A stretch of 64,000 nucleotides of DNA from Nitrosopumilus sp. (GTDB lineage Archaea; Thermoproteota; Nitrososphaeria; Nitrososphaerales; Nitrosopumilaceae), in NCBI GenBank assembly GCA_965207075.1, contig CBDBLO010000002.1, positions 1,312,001 to 1,376,000 on the forward strand. The letters are read 5' to 3'. The notes under the pieces were generated by a model. The model was given only the letters and a program-made list of their open reading frames with translations, was not told where the DNA came from and did not search any database. Positions 27,743 to 37,220 of this stretch are shown here, one piece after another (the stretch's first letter is position 1; the number at the start of each line of letters is the position of its first letter). Both the position numbers and the translations under genes were made by a program.

Positions 27743-28839
27743 TCGAACCAGAATCCGGGGCTAATCGCAAGGCGCTCCATGCTGCGCCCCTCAAGGGGGC
27801 CTGACACTGCCAGGCCGCCATAGTCCCACGAGGATCCCGTCTGCACGTCTGTCAGTGCGGAGCCCTCGTACTCGAACTCCAGCAGCTGCCCGTCTACTAC
27901 CGGCCTCTCAAACGCCCGAGCGCTTCCCTCGAACTCGGATACAATCAAGACGGGCAGGTCGCCGACCGCGTCGTTTATTGCCCCCGAGTCCTCCGCGTCA
28001 CCCTGCTTGTACGCCTTGTATGTATCGCCGTTCTCAAATCCCAGTATGACCTCCTTTGGGTGCATGGCGTCTGGCGACGCCCCCGCATTGTCCACCGGGA
28101 ATATTATGCGGTAGTCCGTATAGTATCCGCCGTAGGGGTCCACGTCGTATGCGCGCACGTGGCCGGTCTCGGTGGTCAGCACCACGGTATCCTGGTGCAT
28201 CCCCCTCCAGTCGTCCCACCTGATTACGTCAAACGGTACGGTGCCGAGCCTCTGCCCTGCGAGTTCCCCCTTGATGGCGGCCCCTAGGGCCTGGCTCCAG
28301 TATGTCCCGGTTGCCCTGTCGTACATCACTAGGTTGCTGTTGTACAGCTTTCCAGACGTTCCGAACTCTACTGCCCGGTCTCCAAGCGTTCTCTCAAAGA
28401 CCTGGCTCGTATAGCACAGCGGGCAGTACGTTACGGCGACCGGGACCCCCCCGACCACGTCGTTTACGATCTCGTGCCATACCAGTATGCGGAGCGGATA
28501 CGCCTTTGCCTCCCCCCCAATCTCGAGCCCTATCACGACGTCGGAGCCGGACATGAACCCTGCTTCCGCCGCATGCGCGAACTTTGGATCGTCTATTGAC
28601 GGGATTCCGTCCGGCGGCGGGCCGCCGCTGATTATCTTGTCAAGCGGGACCGTGTGCTTTTGGCCGTTTGTTACGGTGACGCTTGAGTAGTCGGTCGGAA
28701 GCACGTCGGATTCAGGGCCGGGCACCAGGCTGTCTGCCGCGGACTCCGCTGGGCCGCCCGCGTCATACGCGTAGAGTATGGCCACCCCTAGGACTATTGC
28801 GGCAGCTCCGGCCGCGCCGGCGGCCATTTTCGGATTCAA
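27700..28839 (-). CDS. DUF3179-family membrane-anchored protein
   Basis: GGPPPDGIPSID.P.F, AYPL.IL.WHEIVND, VTYCPLC, FGTSGKLYNSNLVMYD, FWFEW.AFHPDT. Confidence 0.9.
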   Translation of the reverse strand: MNPKMAAGAAGAAAIVLGVAILYAYDAGGPAESAADSLVPGPESDVLPTDYSSVTVTNGQKHTVPLDKIISGGPPPDGIPSIDDPKFAHAAEAGFMSGSDVVIGLEIGGEAKAYPLRILVWHEIVNDVVGGVPVAVTYCPLCYTSQVFERTLGDRAVEFGTSGKLYNSNLVMYDRATGTYWSQALGAAIKGELAGQRLGTVPFDVIRWDDWRGMHQDTVVLTTETGHVRAYDVDPYGGYYTDYRIIFPVDNAGASPDAMHPKEVILGFENGDTYKAYKQGDAEDSGAINDAVGDLPVLIVSEFEGSARAFERPVVDGQLLEFEYEGSALTDVQTGSSWDYGGLAVSGPLEGRSMERLAISPGFWFEWIAFHPDTEVYEP

Positions 28840-29050
28840 ATCTGATTATAAAAATTCTGTAAAATATTAAAGGATTGTTCCACGTCTGCGAAGTGGGTTC
28901 GCCGCCCCTGCGCGGGAGGTTCTCCTGCAGGGCATACGCTGCACTGATCGAGCGTGGGCATGGTGCCAGCGCGCCGGAGAGCCGGAGATGTGACGCTTTG
29001 GCCCCGAGTATGGAGACGCCAAACCGCGGGGAGCGCCTGCCGCGCGCCGC

Positions 29051-29260
29051 TCACCTCCCCACAGGTTCGCCCCTGCTGAACAACGTCAGCAGCACGCCCG
29101 CCATCGTGGCGCCTATTCCGGCCAGCCCGACAAAGATTCCTGTGTTCTTTACGAGCCTGTACTCCGGTTCGAACTGGCCCGTCTCGATTGAGTAGAACAT
29201 GCCCAGCCCTGCCGCGAACATAACCATCCCGATTATCATGGTCGCGGCCGAGTTCTTCAC
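29051..29260 (-). CDS. Small two-TM membrane protein
   Basis: GTG start about 25 nt after ATTAATAG; two hydrophobic helices. Confidence 0.6.
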   Translation of the reverse strand: MKNSAATMIIGMVMFAAGLGMFYSIETGQFEPEYRLVKNTGIFVGLAGIGATMAGVLLTLFSRGEPVGR

Positions 29261-29493
29261 GCCTTGTGTGGGTACTGCTGCTATTAATCTCATGGGCGTG
29301 CGCGTGCGGCCCGGCGTCGTTGTCACTGCCTGATGGTGCGCCTCCTGATGCGAATACCTGCGGTACGGGCATCCTCCTTGTGCCTGCCTTGCCCGCACCG
29401 ATTCAGTTCCCCTTCCCCCTCGGCCGTGCGTGGATGTGGAGCACTCGCGTCGCATGATCTAGCTTATATGTCCCTCAGATTTTTTCTCTGCTA

Positions 29494-29871
29494 ATGGCAT
29501 ATGCCACTGTCGATCTTATTGACGTCGTGCAGAAAATTCTGGATCTTGATCCCAAGATGAGATTTGCGGCTATAATCAACCTGCAGGGAAAGATACGGGA
29601 GGCCATAATGAAGACGGGAAAAACCAGCCTCAAGTCGCAAAAGGAAGAGGAGCACTTCTGCCAGCAGGTGTCCCAGAGAAGGAAAATGCGAAAGGAGTTT
29701 GACCGGTCGCTTGGCAAGGTGACGTACGTGCACGTTGAGCGCGAAAAGGTCTCCCAGATGGTCGTGTATACGAGCCGAAACACGATCTATTTCACGATTG
29801 AGCGCGACATGCCCATTCAAAAGAAGATCCGGATCGTCGAAAAGGTGAAAAAGATTACGAGCGCCATATGA
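29494..29871 (+). CDS. DUF6659-like (profilin/roadblock-like) protein
   Basis: ILDLDPKMRFAAIINLQG...FDRSLGKVTYVHVEREKV. Confidence 0.75.
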   Translation: MAYATVDLIDVVQKILDLDPKMRFAAIINLQGKIREAIMKTGKTSLKSQKEEEHFCQQVSQRRKMRKEFDRSLGKVTYVHVEREKVSQMVVYTSRNTIYFTIERDMPIQKKIRIVEKVKKITSAI

Positions 29872-29985
29872 TCGTTGGCGCTATTCTGAGCGTTTAGCGG
29901 ACTGACGGGGCATCTGCCCTGGTGATTCTTGTTTGTCCTGACCGTCTTTGAAAATGATATAATGGGCACCGGAGCGTGAGGCGTC

Positions 29986-30264
29986 ATGAAGGTCCTGGTG
30001 GATGAGCACTCTGACGGATGGGATGTAAAGCTCCGCGAGCGGGGGTTTGAGGCGCAAAGCGTCAAGAAGCTCAGAACCGAAGGCATGGCCCTTCAGGCTG
30101 ATTTCTCCGTATTGAAGTATGCACAGTCCAACGAGATGGTGCTGGTAACAAAGGACAAGGAGAACATAATGGGATGCCGGGAAAACGGAATCCGGTGTGT
30201 GCCGCTGGACGACAACGCGCTCTTCGAGCTCGCGGTCTCCGAGCTTGAGCGCCTCGGCAAATGA
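29986..30264 (+). CDS. DUF5615 / Mut7-C PIN-like protein
   Basis: MKVLVDEH...LRERGFEA...ADFSVLKYA....VLVTKD. Confidence 0.8.
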   Translation: MKVLVDEHSDGWDVKLRERGFEAQSVKKLRTEGMALQADFSVLKYAQSNEMVLVTKDKENIMGCRENGIRCVPLDDNALFELAVSELERLGK

Positions 30265-30291
30265 CTATACGCGCGAACACACCTACCCGTA

Positions 30292-30756
30292 TCAGCGTCC
30301 CTGTGTCCCTGCGCCCTGCCCGTCCCCCGTGCCGTCCTGGTCCCTGAGCAGGTTTTTCCTGACTAGGATTGGAATCTTGTAGAGCGACGCTAGGGCTATC
30401 GCGTCCGACGCGCGGTAGTTCTTCAGGACAATGTCCTTTTTTCCCGTGAGGTACAGGTTTGCGCGCAGGACGCTGCCGCTCTGGTACACCTTGACCTTTA
30501 CTAGCACGATCTCGTTCTCCTCGCATATGTCCGATATCATGCTGTATACCGAGGGGATCTGGATCGGCGCCGCGTCGGCATCCGACATGCACACGATGTG
30601 CTTTGCCACCTCGCCTGAAAAGGCCCTGACGTGGAACTCTTTCCCGTCTTCTGAGCGCAGGACTGCCAGCCCCTCCATCCCGTAGGGGTCAAGGAACCCC
30701 ACCGTCTCGATCCTGGCGGACTGGTAGTCCGGTTCCTGCTCCTCGGCGATGTCCAC
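30292..30756 (-). CDS. Bifunctional nuclease family protein (DUF151)
   Basis: LVKVKVY...LRANLYL...RASDAIALA...IPILV. Confidence 0.8.
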   Translation of the reverse strand: MDIAEEQEPDYQSARIETVGFLDPYGMEGLAVLRSEDGKEFHVRAFSGEVAKHIVCMSDADAAPIQIPSVYSMISDICEENEIVLVKVKVYQSGSVLRANLYLTGKKDIVLKNYRASDAIALASLYKIPILVRKNLLRDQDGTGDGQGAGTQGR

Positions 30757-30903
30757 GACGCTACGGGGCGCTGCAGTGCTTATAAAGATACAAGGAAGCC
30801 GCGCCGCACCCCGCCCCCGGGGTGCCCGCACGCCCGGTGCATGCCGCGAACCTGCGCACCTGCCATGCGCATTTATTTAACGGCCAATCGCAGCTGGTTG
30901 AAC

Positions 30904-32721
30904 ATGTCCTCAGAGCACCAGCGCTCCCTGAAATACATCCGGGCAAAGCGCGTCAGGGAGTACATGCGCAAGGACTTTACCATAATGCGCGTGTGGGACA
31001 GCACCCGGAGCGCGGCGCAGAGGATGAGCGACAACAACACCGACACCGTCATCGTGACGGACGTCCGCGCGCGCCCGGTCGGAATAGTAACGGACGTGGA
31101 CATACTTGAGACCGTCAGCAACCCGGAAGTGAACGTGGAGAAGACCCGGCTCGACGAGATAATGAGCGCGCCCATGATCACCACCACCGAGAAGACCACG
31201 CTTGCAGACGCCGCCGTCCAGATGAAGGACAAGGGCGTCCACAAGCTCCCGGTGATATCCAACAACGCCGTGGTCGGAGTGATACGGCAGACTGCAATAT
31301 CCACCGCGATAAAGGAGGCAGTCGGCAGCCCCCCGCGCCTGCTCAGCCCGCCTGTCAGGGCGGTGCTCGGAAACCTGGGGTTCGTGCTCCAGTTTGCAGG
31401 CGTGCTGCTGTTCGTGCCCGCGATCGTGGCCACCATCCTAGAGGACACCACGACTGCCACCGGCATCTATCTCAGCACGGTGCTGCTCTTGGCAACTGGC
31501 TTTGCACTCAACTCTTACGGCGAAAAGGCCGGGCTCAACATGCGGCAGGCGTCTATACTGGTCTTTGCAAGCCTGTTTCTCATGTCCCTGTTCGGCTCCA
31601 TCCCGTACTTTTACGTCATGCCCGAGGACATGCCCCCAGAGGAGGCCTTTGCAAACTCGTTCTTCTCGAGCGCCGCTGGTTTTACCACGGGCGGCCTGTC
31701 GCTGTTTGACACGCCGGAGGACCTGGGGCACAGCTTTACCTTCTTCCGGAGCTATACGCAGCTGGTGGGCGGCATGAGTTTCATATACCTCGTAATCACC
31801 GCGTTCTACTCGGAGGCCCAGCTAAGATCCATGCGCGGCTTTATCACGGGAAGGGCGCTCCATCTCAAGGAGCTCTTCCTGTCGATTACCGTGATATTCA
31901 TGCTCTACATCTCGACGCTTGCCCTGCTGCTGTTCGTGCTGGGCAAGCGCGACCTGCTTGACAACTTTTCGCTGTCCATGAGCACCCTCGCGACGGGGGG
32001 GTTCCTCCCCTCCTCGACCATACTTGACGACCTGATGTGGTACGACTACACGCTGCTGATGATAGCGATGATAATGGGGGCGCTCCCGTTTACGTTCCAC
32101 TACAGCTTTGTAAGCAAGAGGTTCCGCGTCCGAAAGCTGGGCCGCGAGGTGGTGACGTATTTTGTGATACTGGGCGCCGGCGTCGCCATATTCATCGCGA
32201 TAAGCGGCACGGACTTCCTGCTTGCGGCGTTCTACGCGGTCTCGGCCAGTACCACTGCGGGGCTGCAGCACGAGAGCATATCGGGTCTCAACGGGGCCGC
32301 GTACGGGATACTGGTGGTGCTGATGTTCGCCGGCGGCTGCGGGTTCTCCACTGCGGGCGGCATGAAGATATTCCGACTCATGGCCCTTCGCAACCTTGTG
32401 AGATTTCTGCGCTCCTCGGCCCGCAAGGCCATGGCGCCTGATGTCAAAAAGGAGGTTATGAGCACGCTGATTATAGTCGCGCTGTTCCCGATAATCGCGG
32501 CGGCGGCCGGCGCCCACCTCGCGTCGGTTACGGGGGCCCCGTACACGGAGTCCTTCTTTGAGGCCAGCGGGGTGATTACCACGGGCGGGCTCTCGGCCGG
32601 AGTGATAGACTTTGAGACGGATCCGGCCACCAAGATGATGCTCGGCTTTCTCATGATATTTGGGCGCCTTGAGATAATTGCCATAATCTACATATTTCTG
32701 CCGAGGCTGGGGCCGTCGTAG
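30904..32721 (+). CDS. trkH: CBS-pair / TrkH potassium uptake fusion protein
   Basis: N-terminal Bateman domain (PVGIVTDVDI, IMSAPMIT, HKLPV); four pore-loop motifs FTTGG, LATGGF, STTAG, ITTGG; MIFGRLEI. Confidence 0.88.
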   Translation: MSSEHQRSLKYIRAKRVREYMRKDFTIMRVWDSTRSAAQRMSDNNTDTVIVTDVRARPVGIVTDVDILETVSNPEVNVEKTRLDEIMSAPMITTTEKTTLADAAVQMKDKGVHKLPVISNNAVVGVIRQTAISTAIKEAVGSPPRLLSPPVRAVLGNLGFVLQFAGVLLFVPAIVATILEDTTTATGIYLSTVLLLATGFALNSYGEKAGLNMRQASILVFASLFLMSLFGSIPYFYVMPEDMPPEEAFANSFFSSAAGFTTGGLSLFDTPEDLGHSFTFFRSYTQLVGGMSFIYLVITAFYSEAQLRSMRGFITGRALHLKELFLSITVIFMLYISTLALLLFVLGKRDLLDNFSLSMSTLATGGFLPSSTILDDLMWYDYTLLMIAMIMGALPFTFHYSFVSKRFRVRKLGREVVTYFVILGAGVAIFIAISGTDFLLAAFYAVSASTTAGLQHESISGLNGAAYGILVVLMFAGGCGFSTAGGMKIFRLMALRNLVRFLRSSARKAMAPDVKKEVMSTLIIVALFPIIAAAAGAHLASVTGAPYTESFFEASGVITTGGLSAGVIDFETDPATKMMLGFLMIFGRLEIIAIIYIFLPRLGPS

Positions 32722-32885
32722 CCAGCATCTCCCACTCACCCCCTCCCCCCCCCACCACTCCACGTACACCACTTCCCTCCCACACCCACCCATTCCTCTT
32801 GCGTGCTGGCCGCCACCCACAGGCCGCCGTCTGTGCCGGGGCTGCAAATCGCATGGAATTTAATCGAGATGCGCCCCTTTTGCAC

Positions 32886-33758
32886 ATGGAAGAGACAGAG
32901 GGCGTGCGCATGGGAGGCGGCGGCCGCCGCCGCCGCGCGGCCGGCGGAACGCGCCTGGTCGCGGCCGGCTTTGTGGCGGTGGCCGCCCTGTTTCTCATAT
33001 ACGGCCGGTACCAGGATCCTGCCAGCCTTACGCCTGATGCAATACACGTGGTGCAGAGGCTTGCGTATGGGTTCTACGTTGCCCTGCTGGCCTCGCTGGG
33101 TGCAGTCGCGTACGGGATGTACCGTTACCACTCGTCCAAGGTGGAGGAGTGGCGCGCAGGGGTGCGTGATCTGGGCTCCGTCATTGCAATGCACACGTGG
33201 AACAGAAGGTCCCGGAGGATATTTGCAGCAGTCTTTGTCGGATACGGGCTGTTCTTCTCCCTAGCGTCCGGCACCCTGGTGTACCAGCCGGGCATCAACT
33301 TTGCCACGCATTATGGCGCCGAGATACCGTCCGGATTCGTCTCGCCGTGCTGCGACGCGCCGGGCTACATGCCAAAGATAATCGTATACGTGACTGAGAC
33401 CGTGGGACTGCAGGTGGTGCCCGTCAACATTGTGCTGCAGGTAGTGGTGTCATATTTGGTGGGGCTTAACGCGTCGGTTGCGGTGGGGGCGTACTCCGTA
33501 TCAAAGAAGCGCCGCGGGCTTGGGACCGTCGGGGCCGCCACCGGGCTGTTCGTCGCGTGCCCGACGTGCGCGGGCACGTTTCTGTCCCTGTTCGTGGGCA
33601 CGGCAGGCGGCATCGCGGCGTCCGCGGCGCTTGTGCAGGTGCAGACCCTCCTGATAGCCGTGTGCATACCCGTACTGTTGGCCACGCCATACCTGATGGC
33701 AAGGCGCCTGAGGGACGAGGCCGACGGGGGCCAGTGCAGGATCGACTGTGCGGACTGA
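32886..33758 (+). CDS. Multi-TM membrane protein with PCC and CPTC motifs
   Basis: About six TM segments; SPCCD and VACPTCAG; start uncertain. Confidence 0.7.
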   Translation: MEETEGVRMGGGGRRRRAAGGTRLVAAGFVAVAALFLIYGRYQDPASLTPDAIHVVQRLAYGFYVALLASLGAVAYGMYRYHSSKVEEWRAGVRDLGSVIAMHTWNRRSRRIFAAVFVGYGLFFSLASGTLVYQPGINFATHYGAEIPSGFVSPCCDAPGYMPKIIVYVTETVGLQVVPVNIVLQVVVSYLVGLNASVAVGAYSVSKKRRGLGTVGAATGLFVACPTCAGTFLSLFVGTAGGIAASAALVQVQTLLIAVCIPVLLATPYLMARRLRDEADGGQCRIDCAD

Positions 33759-33970
33759 CCGCGCGGCGCGCCCACTTCCGTACGTCTGCGGCCTGGCCCG
33801 CCTGCGTCTGCATTGCGGGGATCCCCGTGCACGGGGCCGGCGTCGCGGCGCGCGCCGTGACTGTATGTCGGCCCGCCGGCTTCCCCGTCCCTTCCCGCCC
33901 CGCCCACGCGGATCTCCCGGATCTGCCCCGATCATACAGGCTTTAAAGCGCCGACAACGGACGCCTTGCA

Positions 33971-34840
33971 ATGAGAATCGCGTCGATGCCCGAGTCTGAG
34001 CTTGCGCGCGCGCTCCTGCCCGTCGACGCCCGGATAAGGGAAGCGTACCTGAAGCAGATGACCGCACTGGTGGCCGAGACACCGACCAAGGTGATGCTGG
34101 GCGACACCACTGTCACCGACCAGACCACGTTTGACGCGGGCGGCGTCAAAGCGTACATGCAGGAGATAACTGCGCGCCTGGGCCCGTCCTGGCACGCGCG
34201 CGAGGTGACCGAGACGCGCGACGACGACGTCCGCCGCATATTTACCAAGCTTGAATCCGTGGCGTCCGGATACGCGCTGTCCGTGCACCTGTCGGTCCAG
34301 TACAAGGCTCTGCTCTACTACAAGCCGGACGCCAGGGTCGAGCAGATCCAGAGGGAGCTTGGGAGGATCGACGAGTCTGCCAGGAGCGACAGGGAGTCGA
34401 TCGCGGACGCGGGCGACCGGATAGCCGCGGAGCGGCTAAAGGCCGCGGGGTGCGCGGAGTCCGACCCTGCGGAGCTCTTCGAGACCCTGTACCGCGACGA
34501 GTCGCTTGCCGGAAGCATCGAGGCCGAGATAAAGAAAACAGTCGACGACGCGGGGCTTGCAGTGCATGCCGACAGGCGCGACTCGCTGTTTGCGGAGCTC
34601 GACTCGCTCCTGACCGAGGTGTACAGCACCACTGCCCTGATGATAGACGACGCGCGGCTGGTTACTGGGGAGGACGGCTTTCTCTATACCGCCGACATCG
34701 AGAAGATCGCGGAAACGGCAGCAGGTCCCGCCGCTAGGGCTCCGAGGGACGGCCGCTTTGACCCCGATGCCGTCCCAAAGGACGCGCGGGAGGCGCTCGC
34801 GTCCCTACTCGGGGAGCTGGCGGGCGCCATAGACGGGTAG
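33971..34840 (+). CDS. Hypothetical protein (coiled-coil-rich)
   Basis: 289-aa ATG ORF after TTTAAA box. Confidence 0.7.
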   Translation: MRIASMPESELARALLPVDARIREAYLKQMTALVAETPTKVMLGDTTVTDQTTFDAGGVKAYMQEITARLGPSWHAREVTETRDDDVRRIFTKLESVASGYALSVHLSVQYKALLYYKPDARVEQIQRELGRIDESARSDRESIADAGDRIAAERLKAAGCAESDPAELFETLYRDESLAGSIEAEIKKTVDDAGLAVHADRRDSLFAELDSLLTEVYSTTALMIDDARLVTGEDGFLYTADIEKIAETAAGPAARAPRDGRFDPDAVPKDAREALASLLGELAGAIDG

Positions 34841-35244
34841 AACTGTCTTGCAGGTTGTATTAATCAAGGAACCGGAGTAGAGATGTCTCTCTCATGGGGG
34901 AGCTCCGATCCCCCGATATGCTTTTTGCGATCTAACTAGAGTATTTAATCATTTTGATCGCATGGAAACGGCCCGTTTTTGAGCCCTGCGCTCTCCATTA
35001 TGTACAGTTAAGCGGGTTTTTGGCGAGCCTGGTGTCCCCTCCTTCCACCCCCCCCCCACAGCCGCAACTGCGGCGCGCCGGGCGGCAGATCTCCGGTCTT
35101 TGGCACGCGGTGGTTCCGCCCGCGGCAGGCCCGTCCGTGGAGCTTTGAAGGGCTGCGCCAGGCGTCTCCCGGATGGAGCGGCCCCGTCCGCGCCCTGCTG
35201 CGATAACAACCCAAATAGGTAGGGGCGTCGGGGGACTGTCTGTG

Positions 35245-36459
35245 ATGATCATACCTACGTACGCGGACGTGAAGAGGGCCGACTCGATGAGGGGCTCGCA
35301 GATCAAAAGGACCCCGCTGGTGCGCTCGCCGTCGCTTTCCGACATGTGCGGCTCTGACGTCTACCTCAAGGCGGAGTTCCGGCAGAAGACCGGCTCGTTT
35401 AAGATCCGCGGGGCGTACCACAAGATGAGGTCCCTCTCCCCCGGTGAAAAGGCAAGGGGCGTGGTGGCCGCCTCCGCGGGGAACCATGCCCAGGGGGTCG
35501 CGCTGGCCTCGTCGCTTGAGGGCGTCAAGTGCACCATCGTGATGCCAAAGAACGCATCGCCGGCAAAGATTGCGGCAACCCGCGGATACGGGGCGGAGGT
35601 GGTGCTGGAGGGCTCAAACTACGACGAGTCGTTTGAGAGGGCCACGCGCATTGCGGAGGAGACAGGGGCCACAATGATACACGCCTTTGATGATCCGGAC
35701 GTGATAGCGGCCCAGGGCGTGATAGGGCTCGAGATCCTCGACGAGCTGCCGGATGTCGAGGAGGTGTACGTCCCCGTGGGAGGGGGCGGCCTCGCCGCCG
35801 GCATGCTGATTGCCATAAAGGAGACCCACCCCCACGTGCGGGTGGTGGGCGTGCAGTCCGACTCGTTCCCCTCCATGCACCTCTCCGTGCGCAACTCGGC
35901 CAGGACGCCTGTTGCAGACGGGCCACGGACCATATCTGACGGCATCTCGGTCCGGATGCCCGGGGAGATCACGTTTGACGTGGTCAGGCGCCTGATAGAC
36001 GACGTGGTGCTGGTGGACGACACCGCGATCACAAAGACCATGTTCCTGCTGATGGAGCGCATGAAGTTCGTGGTGGAGCCCGCGGGGGCCGCAAGCCTGG
36101 CGTACGTGCTTGAGAACAAGCCCGCCCCCGGAAAGAAGATTGCCGTGGTACTGGCCGGGGGCAACGTGGACATGTACCTGCTGGGGCAGATTGTAGACAA
36201 GGGGCTCGCCGCCATGGGGAGGCTGCTGAAGATATCCGTGCTGCTTCCCGACAGGCCTGGCGCGTTCAAGGGGATCGTAGACGAGATTACCGCCGCAAAC
36301 GCAAACATTGTAGAGGTGGTGCACGACAGGCTGAGCTCGGACATCAGCGCGGGCTCGGCCGGCGTCACGATGAGCCTGGAGACGGAGGGCACGGAGCAGG
36401 CCAACAGGCTGATCGAGAGCCTCAGGGCAAAGCACGTCCAGTTCCGGCTGCTGACCTGA
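35245..36459 (+). CDS. ilvA: Threonine ammonia-lyase with C-terminal ACT domain
   Basis: GSFKIRGA, SAGNHAQG, VGGGGL, VEPAGA, GGNVD, LPDRPG. Confidence 0.93.
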   Translation: MIIPTYADVKRADSMRGSQIKRTPLVRSPSLSDMCGSDVYLKAEFRQKTGSFKIRGAYHKMRSLSPGEKARGVVAASAGNHAQGVALASSLEGVKCTIVMPKNASPAKIAATRGYGAEVVLEGSNYDESFERATRIAEETGATMIHAFDDPDVIAAQGVIGLEILDELPDVEEVYVPVGGGGLAAGMLIAIKETHPHVRVVGVQSDSFPSMHLSVRNSARTPVADGPRTISDGISVRMPGEITFDVVRRLIDDVVLVDDTAITKTMFLLMERMKFVVEPAGAASLAYVLENKPAPGKKIAVVLAGGNVDMYLLGQIVDKGLAAMGRLLKISVLLPDRPGAFKGIVDEITAANANIVEVVHDRLSSDISAGSAGVTMSLETEGTEQANRLIESLRAKHVQFRLLT

Positions 36460-36484
36460 CGCCGTCAGGACGCGTTGGCGGGGC

Positions 36485-37027
36485 CTAGAGCCCCCTTGAC
36501 TGCAGCTCCTCGGACTCTTTGAGGACGGCGTCGTGCTGCGACCGCTTCATGTCTGCAAGGGCCCCGCGTACCGAGTCGTCTGTTATCGCAAGAATCATTG
36601 CGGCGTACATGCCCGCATTCTTTGCCTTGTTGACGCCCACTGACACCACGGGCGCCCCCGCGGGCATCTCGGTTATGGAGAGCAGGGAGTCGAGGCCGCC
36701 GAATGCTGAGAGGCGGGGCGTCTCGGCCCCCGTCTGGTTCTTGTTGTTGTATGCCATTATGGGCACCCCTATTACCGGTATCACGGTGTGGGACGCGATC
36801 ATGCCCGGCAGGTGGGCGGCCCCGCCGGCTCCGGCTATGATTGCCGCAAAGTTCGACGACTCGGCGTGCCTGGCGTACGTGGCAAGCCTGTCTGGTGTGC
36901 GGTGCGCCGAGACTATCTGATCCTCGTGCGGGATTCCAAGCGAGTCTAGCGTGCGGGCCGCGTCCGCCATTACGGCCGCGTCCGAGCTGGACCCCATTAT
37001 GATGCCTATACGCGCCGCGCCTGTCAT
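36485..37027 (-). CDS. purE: N5-CAIR mutase
   Basis: IMGSSSD, SAHRTP, AGGAAHLPG, PVIGVP, DSLLS. Confidence 0.96.
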   Translation of the reverse strand: MTGAARIGIIMGSSSDAAVMADAARTLDSLGIPHEDQIVSAHRTPDRLATYARHAESSNFAAIIAGAGGAAHLPGMIASHTVIPVIGVPIMAYNNKNQTGAETPRLSAFGGLDSLLSITEMPAGAPVVSVGVNKAKNAGMYAAMILAITDDSVRGALADMKRSQHDAVLKESEELQSRGL

Positions 37028-37220
37028 GCAGTTGGTGCGCGGCGAGGGTAATTAACGATAGCGTTGCGCCGCGGCGGCGGCGGCGCCTCCGTGGGGGGGG
37101 GGGGTGGTGGTGGAGCGCCGCTGCCACCGCCTCTGCCGCTGCCGCCGCCGCGCGGCCGTGCGCAGGGGCGCTTTGCCGGCATTAGATTGGTTTTTTTATT
37201 TGGAGTGCGGCGTGCCTGCA

